This document shows positions 61,201-64,000 of a stretch of 64,000 nucleotides of DNA, piece by piece. The DNA is from Takakia lepidozioides (taxonomy: Eukaryota; Plantae; Bryophyta). Location of the stretch: assembly GCA_030704615.1 (NCBI GenBank), contig CM060732.1, positions 13,950,001 to 14,014,000 of the forward strand, in the 5' to 3' direction. Position numbers and translations under genes: made by a program. How positions within the stretch are numbered: the first letter of the stretch is position 1; every line of letters starts with the position of its first letter. The notes beneath the pieces are model-generated. The model did not search any database, was not told the origin of the DNA, and saw only the letters and a list, made by a program, of their open reading frames with translations.

Positions 61201-64000
61201 ACATGGCCTATAGCTTTGTGAAAGTGCTCTTCTGAAGGCTTTGGCAAAGAGGTCAAGTACTGTGAGTAGGCTTTCCAGAGTGTCCAGTGGAGACTATTGG
61301 TGCGTGTCTGGATCCCTGGTTATGAATTGGATGCAACATGCTCAGCTAACCCAACTGTCTCCTTTTCTAGATCCGGACATTAGGAATGCTGCGATCTCGG
61401 TTCACCGCTTTACCAGGAGCTTTCAATGAAAACCTTGTCCCTGCTGAGAGGCAGTCGCGAAGAGGCTTCTCTTTTCGTCGTGACTTTGAGAAGGCATGAT
61501 TTTGTCTTTACAATTCAGCACTGTCCTGTCATGACTGTGGGAGATTTCTTTTGTTGGCAATCAGCAGTGGGTGTTGCCCTCTGGTTTCCTTCCACAAATG
61601 TATTCTTTTTGCTCTCTGTCGTAAATGATGGAAAGGCTCTGATACCCGTAAGTTAAAGGTTTTATTTTTCATGTGCAGGTCCAGCCACAAAAGAACGGGT
61701 TGAAGGCTGCCAGGTTTGCTCAGCTTTGGAATGATGTTATTGCAAGCTTTCGTGAAGAGGATCTCATCAGCAACAGGTAATATCAATTTCAGCTTTTTTT
61801 CATCGTCCCAATTCTGTGTTTGACAGCAGGTCATACATACCATTATTGTTTCCATCCAGACAACTGCTCAAGGGGTGGGTGGGAGGAGGCAAATGCGACA
61901 AATGTAGCAGGAATGTCTGAGGGTTGTGACTGTTGTCTTGCAATCCCTGATTCCAATGAACCATTGTCTTGTGCAGGGAGAGGGATTTGATGCTTGTTCC
62001 ATACTCCTCAGACCCTGCCCTTGATCTCGTCCAATGGCCTCCTTTCTTGCTTGCCAGCAAGGTGAGAGGGCACTCTAAAGTGTATACATGTATCACCTTA
62101 TGCACTATTTCTGTGTCTGTGTACTACTGCAGTGCTGGTTGAATGCGTGACTAGTTGTATAGACCTAGTATTGATGTGCTCGGTACAGCTGTTCCAGGAT
62201 TTTGTTTTGCATATGCAGGCAAGTCTCTAGCTATGGAGTTAACATGGCCTGCTTGAACCATTCTTTGTTGTTGAATGAGCAGGTGCCGATTGCCATGCAA
62301 ATGGCGAAGGAGGCAGCAGAGGATGGAAGAGTGGCAGATTTGTTTCGTAAAATAAGACATGATGACTATATGAAGTCTGCAGTAATTGAATGCTATGAAT
62401 CTTTCAAGCGCATTCTACGGGTGCTTATTGTTGGTGAAGTTGAGAAAAGGTACACCATTAGGCTTACCAGAGCTACATATGTATCAGTCTGCTTTGGATG
62501 CTATTGAAAAGCCAGGAGTAGGACACACTCCACGCACTCTCCCATGAGGCCTCGGGTCCCTGTGTACACATGTTCAAATCGTCCTGCTTTCTTCATGCAA
62601 GCCCACTTCTTGAATGCAGGGAGTGCATAACTTGACTTGTCACTTGAACAAGCAGGGTTATTGAAGGGCTTCTGGAAGAGGTGGAAAAAAATATTGAAAA
62701 AGGCACCCTCCTGGTCAACTTCAAAATGGATGCGCTTTCCATCTTAAGCGCCAAGTTTATTGAACTTCTGGAGCTCCTGGTACATGGACTTCCTGATGTC
62801 CTGTCTGCACAGGGTGTTATTTTGGGTGACAGTCATCTCAGCAGTACAGGTTTGGATTTCCTATTAGTACGTGGTTCTTGTTTTGCATAGTGAGAGGCCT
62901 GAAGAGTTGTCGTTCCCCTCTCTCTAATTTCTATGTGCAATGTTTACCTCATACTTTTGCAGGAAGAAAATCATGGAAATGATGAGGGAGTTGAGTCTGC
63001 ACGCGACCTTGCAGTGTTGAAACTCCAGGATATGTACGAGGTGGTCACACGTGATATGATGATCGAGTCTCAGAGGTACTTAAGTGATCCAGAGATTAAT
63101 CAGCATTGGTTGCTATTCTGCAAGCTGTTGCATCATGTTAATTGCCTTGGTTCCAAATGCCTGGAATGTGAAGAAGGCCCCTTATCAACCTTATTTTACT
63201 TTGCTATTATCAAGGTCAGAAACTATTTTTGTATTATTACTACTCCAAATTGTGTAAATATCCATGGTGAGTTTGTGAGCAGGGATGTATGGGAATCAAG
63301 CTATGGATCACTGGCACGTGGCCAAGGGAAAGACTCAGATTTCCATCAACTCTTCAAGTCTGCTAAGGGAGCAAAGCCTGCAGTGCTTTTTCCCCCACCT
63401 GCATCGGATGCATGGATTGAGCAGGTTTGTATCGTACTTTTGCTGGAAAACATTTTCTTATTTGCAGTCTGAATTGTAAGAATATCAGCACTAAAGCTTG
63501 AGCTTGAAACTCTAAGCGAATGCTAGTTCGGAGGACTTCAATATCATAAAACTGTCTGCTCGGTTGCAGATTAAAAGGCTCCACCTTTTGATGACAGAAA
63601 GGGAGGCGGCCATGGATGTCCCTCGTAATCTTGAGGCTCGTCGCCGCATTGCTTTTTTCACCAATTCTTTGTTCATGGATATGCCTCGTGCTCCTCGAGT
63701 ACGGAATATGTTGTCCTTCAGGTTCCCCCTCTCTGCCTGTTTCCACTTCCCTTCGACTTCCCATTTTTTCCTGATTTTGTTTCTTAAGTTCCTCAGAAAA
63801 TTTGAGCTGCAGGGAAGTTGTTCTGAAGTGGTAGTGGGTTTGTAGTAATTCCTCAGCCACTTTCCCTTTGCATCTTCGTTTTGATTGTGCAGTGTCCTGA
63901 CTCCCTATTACATGGAGGATGTTGTTTACTCAAAGGACAATCTGAATAAAGAGAATGAAGATGGCGTTTCAGTCTTGTTTTACCTCCAGAAAATCTATCC
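52300..64000 (+). CDS. CalS5: Callose synthase (1,3-beta-glucan synthase), CalS5/GSL2-like, multi-exon, truncated by the window end
   Basis: Exons 52300-52489 ([24 protein letters not shown]), 52782-52882 ([21 protein letters not shown]), 53156-53277, then [101 protein letters not shown]; GT-AG introns. The family call is firm; the CalS5 orthology is by recalled similarity only. Confidence 0.95.
54290..54650 (-). mobile_element. 3' fragment of a non-LTR retrotransposon (LINE) in a CalS intron
   Basis: [17 protein letters not shown]...LCPAC...[14 protein letters not shown] resembles the C-terminal CCHC region of LINE ORF2. Confidence 0.75.
58441..58961 (+). repeat. ~256-bp tandem duplication of an intron 3' end plus one CalS exon
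   Basis: Exon [13 protein letters not shown]...LRL(L/I)Q at 58588-58704 and 58844-58961. Confidence 0.93.

Overview
Eukaryotic land-plant DNA, probably bryophyte-like (inferred from the callose synthase type and TE content; the species cannot be determined). Bases 1 to ~50,000 are a nested, rearranged transposon cluster. From 52,300 to the window end lies the 5' part of a multi-exon CalS5-like callose synthase gene. The cluster is built from at least two copies of a large Mutator-like DNA transposon (MULE) with short imperfect TIRs (GAGGTTAGCTATTTCATGAGC / GGGGGTTGCTATTTCATGAGC) and 8-9 bp target-site duplications. Besides a DDE+SWIM transposase, this element carries a second intron-containing gene with a ParB/Srx-like N-terminal domain and a C-terminal beta-class N6/N4 DNA-methyltransferase-like domain. 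It also carries several tandem arrays that share one palindrome, GGATGGAAATTCGGCGCCGAATTTCCATCC. This combination is the main candidate for an undescribed system. Both MULE copies inserted ~80 bp apart into an old Ty3/gypsy RT gene and were later hit by several young chromodomain-bearing gypsy elements (two full-length with TSDs, one solo LTR, two fused half elements). TSD matching shows the MULE halves are now scrambled, and a clean 2.7-kb inversion splits a gag gene. All TE genes carry stops or frameshifts; some homopolymer indels may be long-read errors. Domain calls come from motif recognition by eye, not from database searches.
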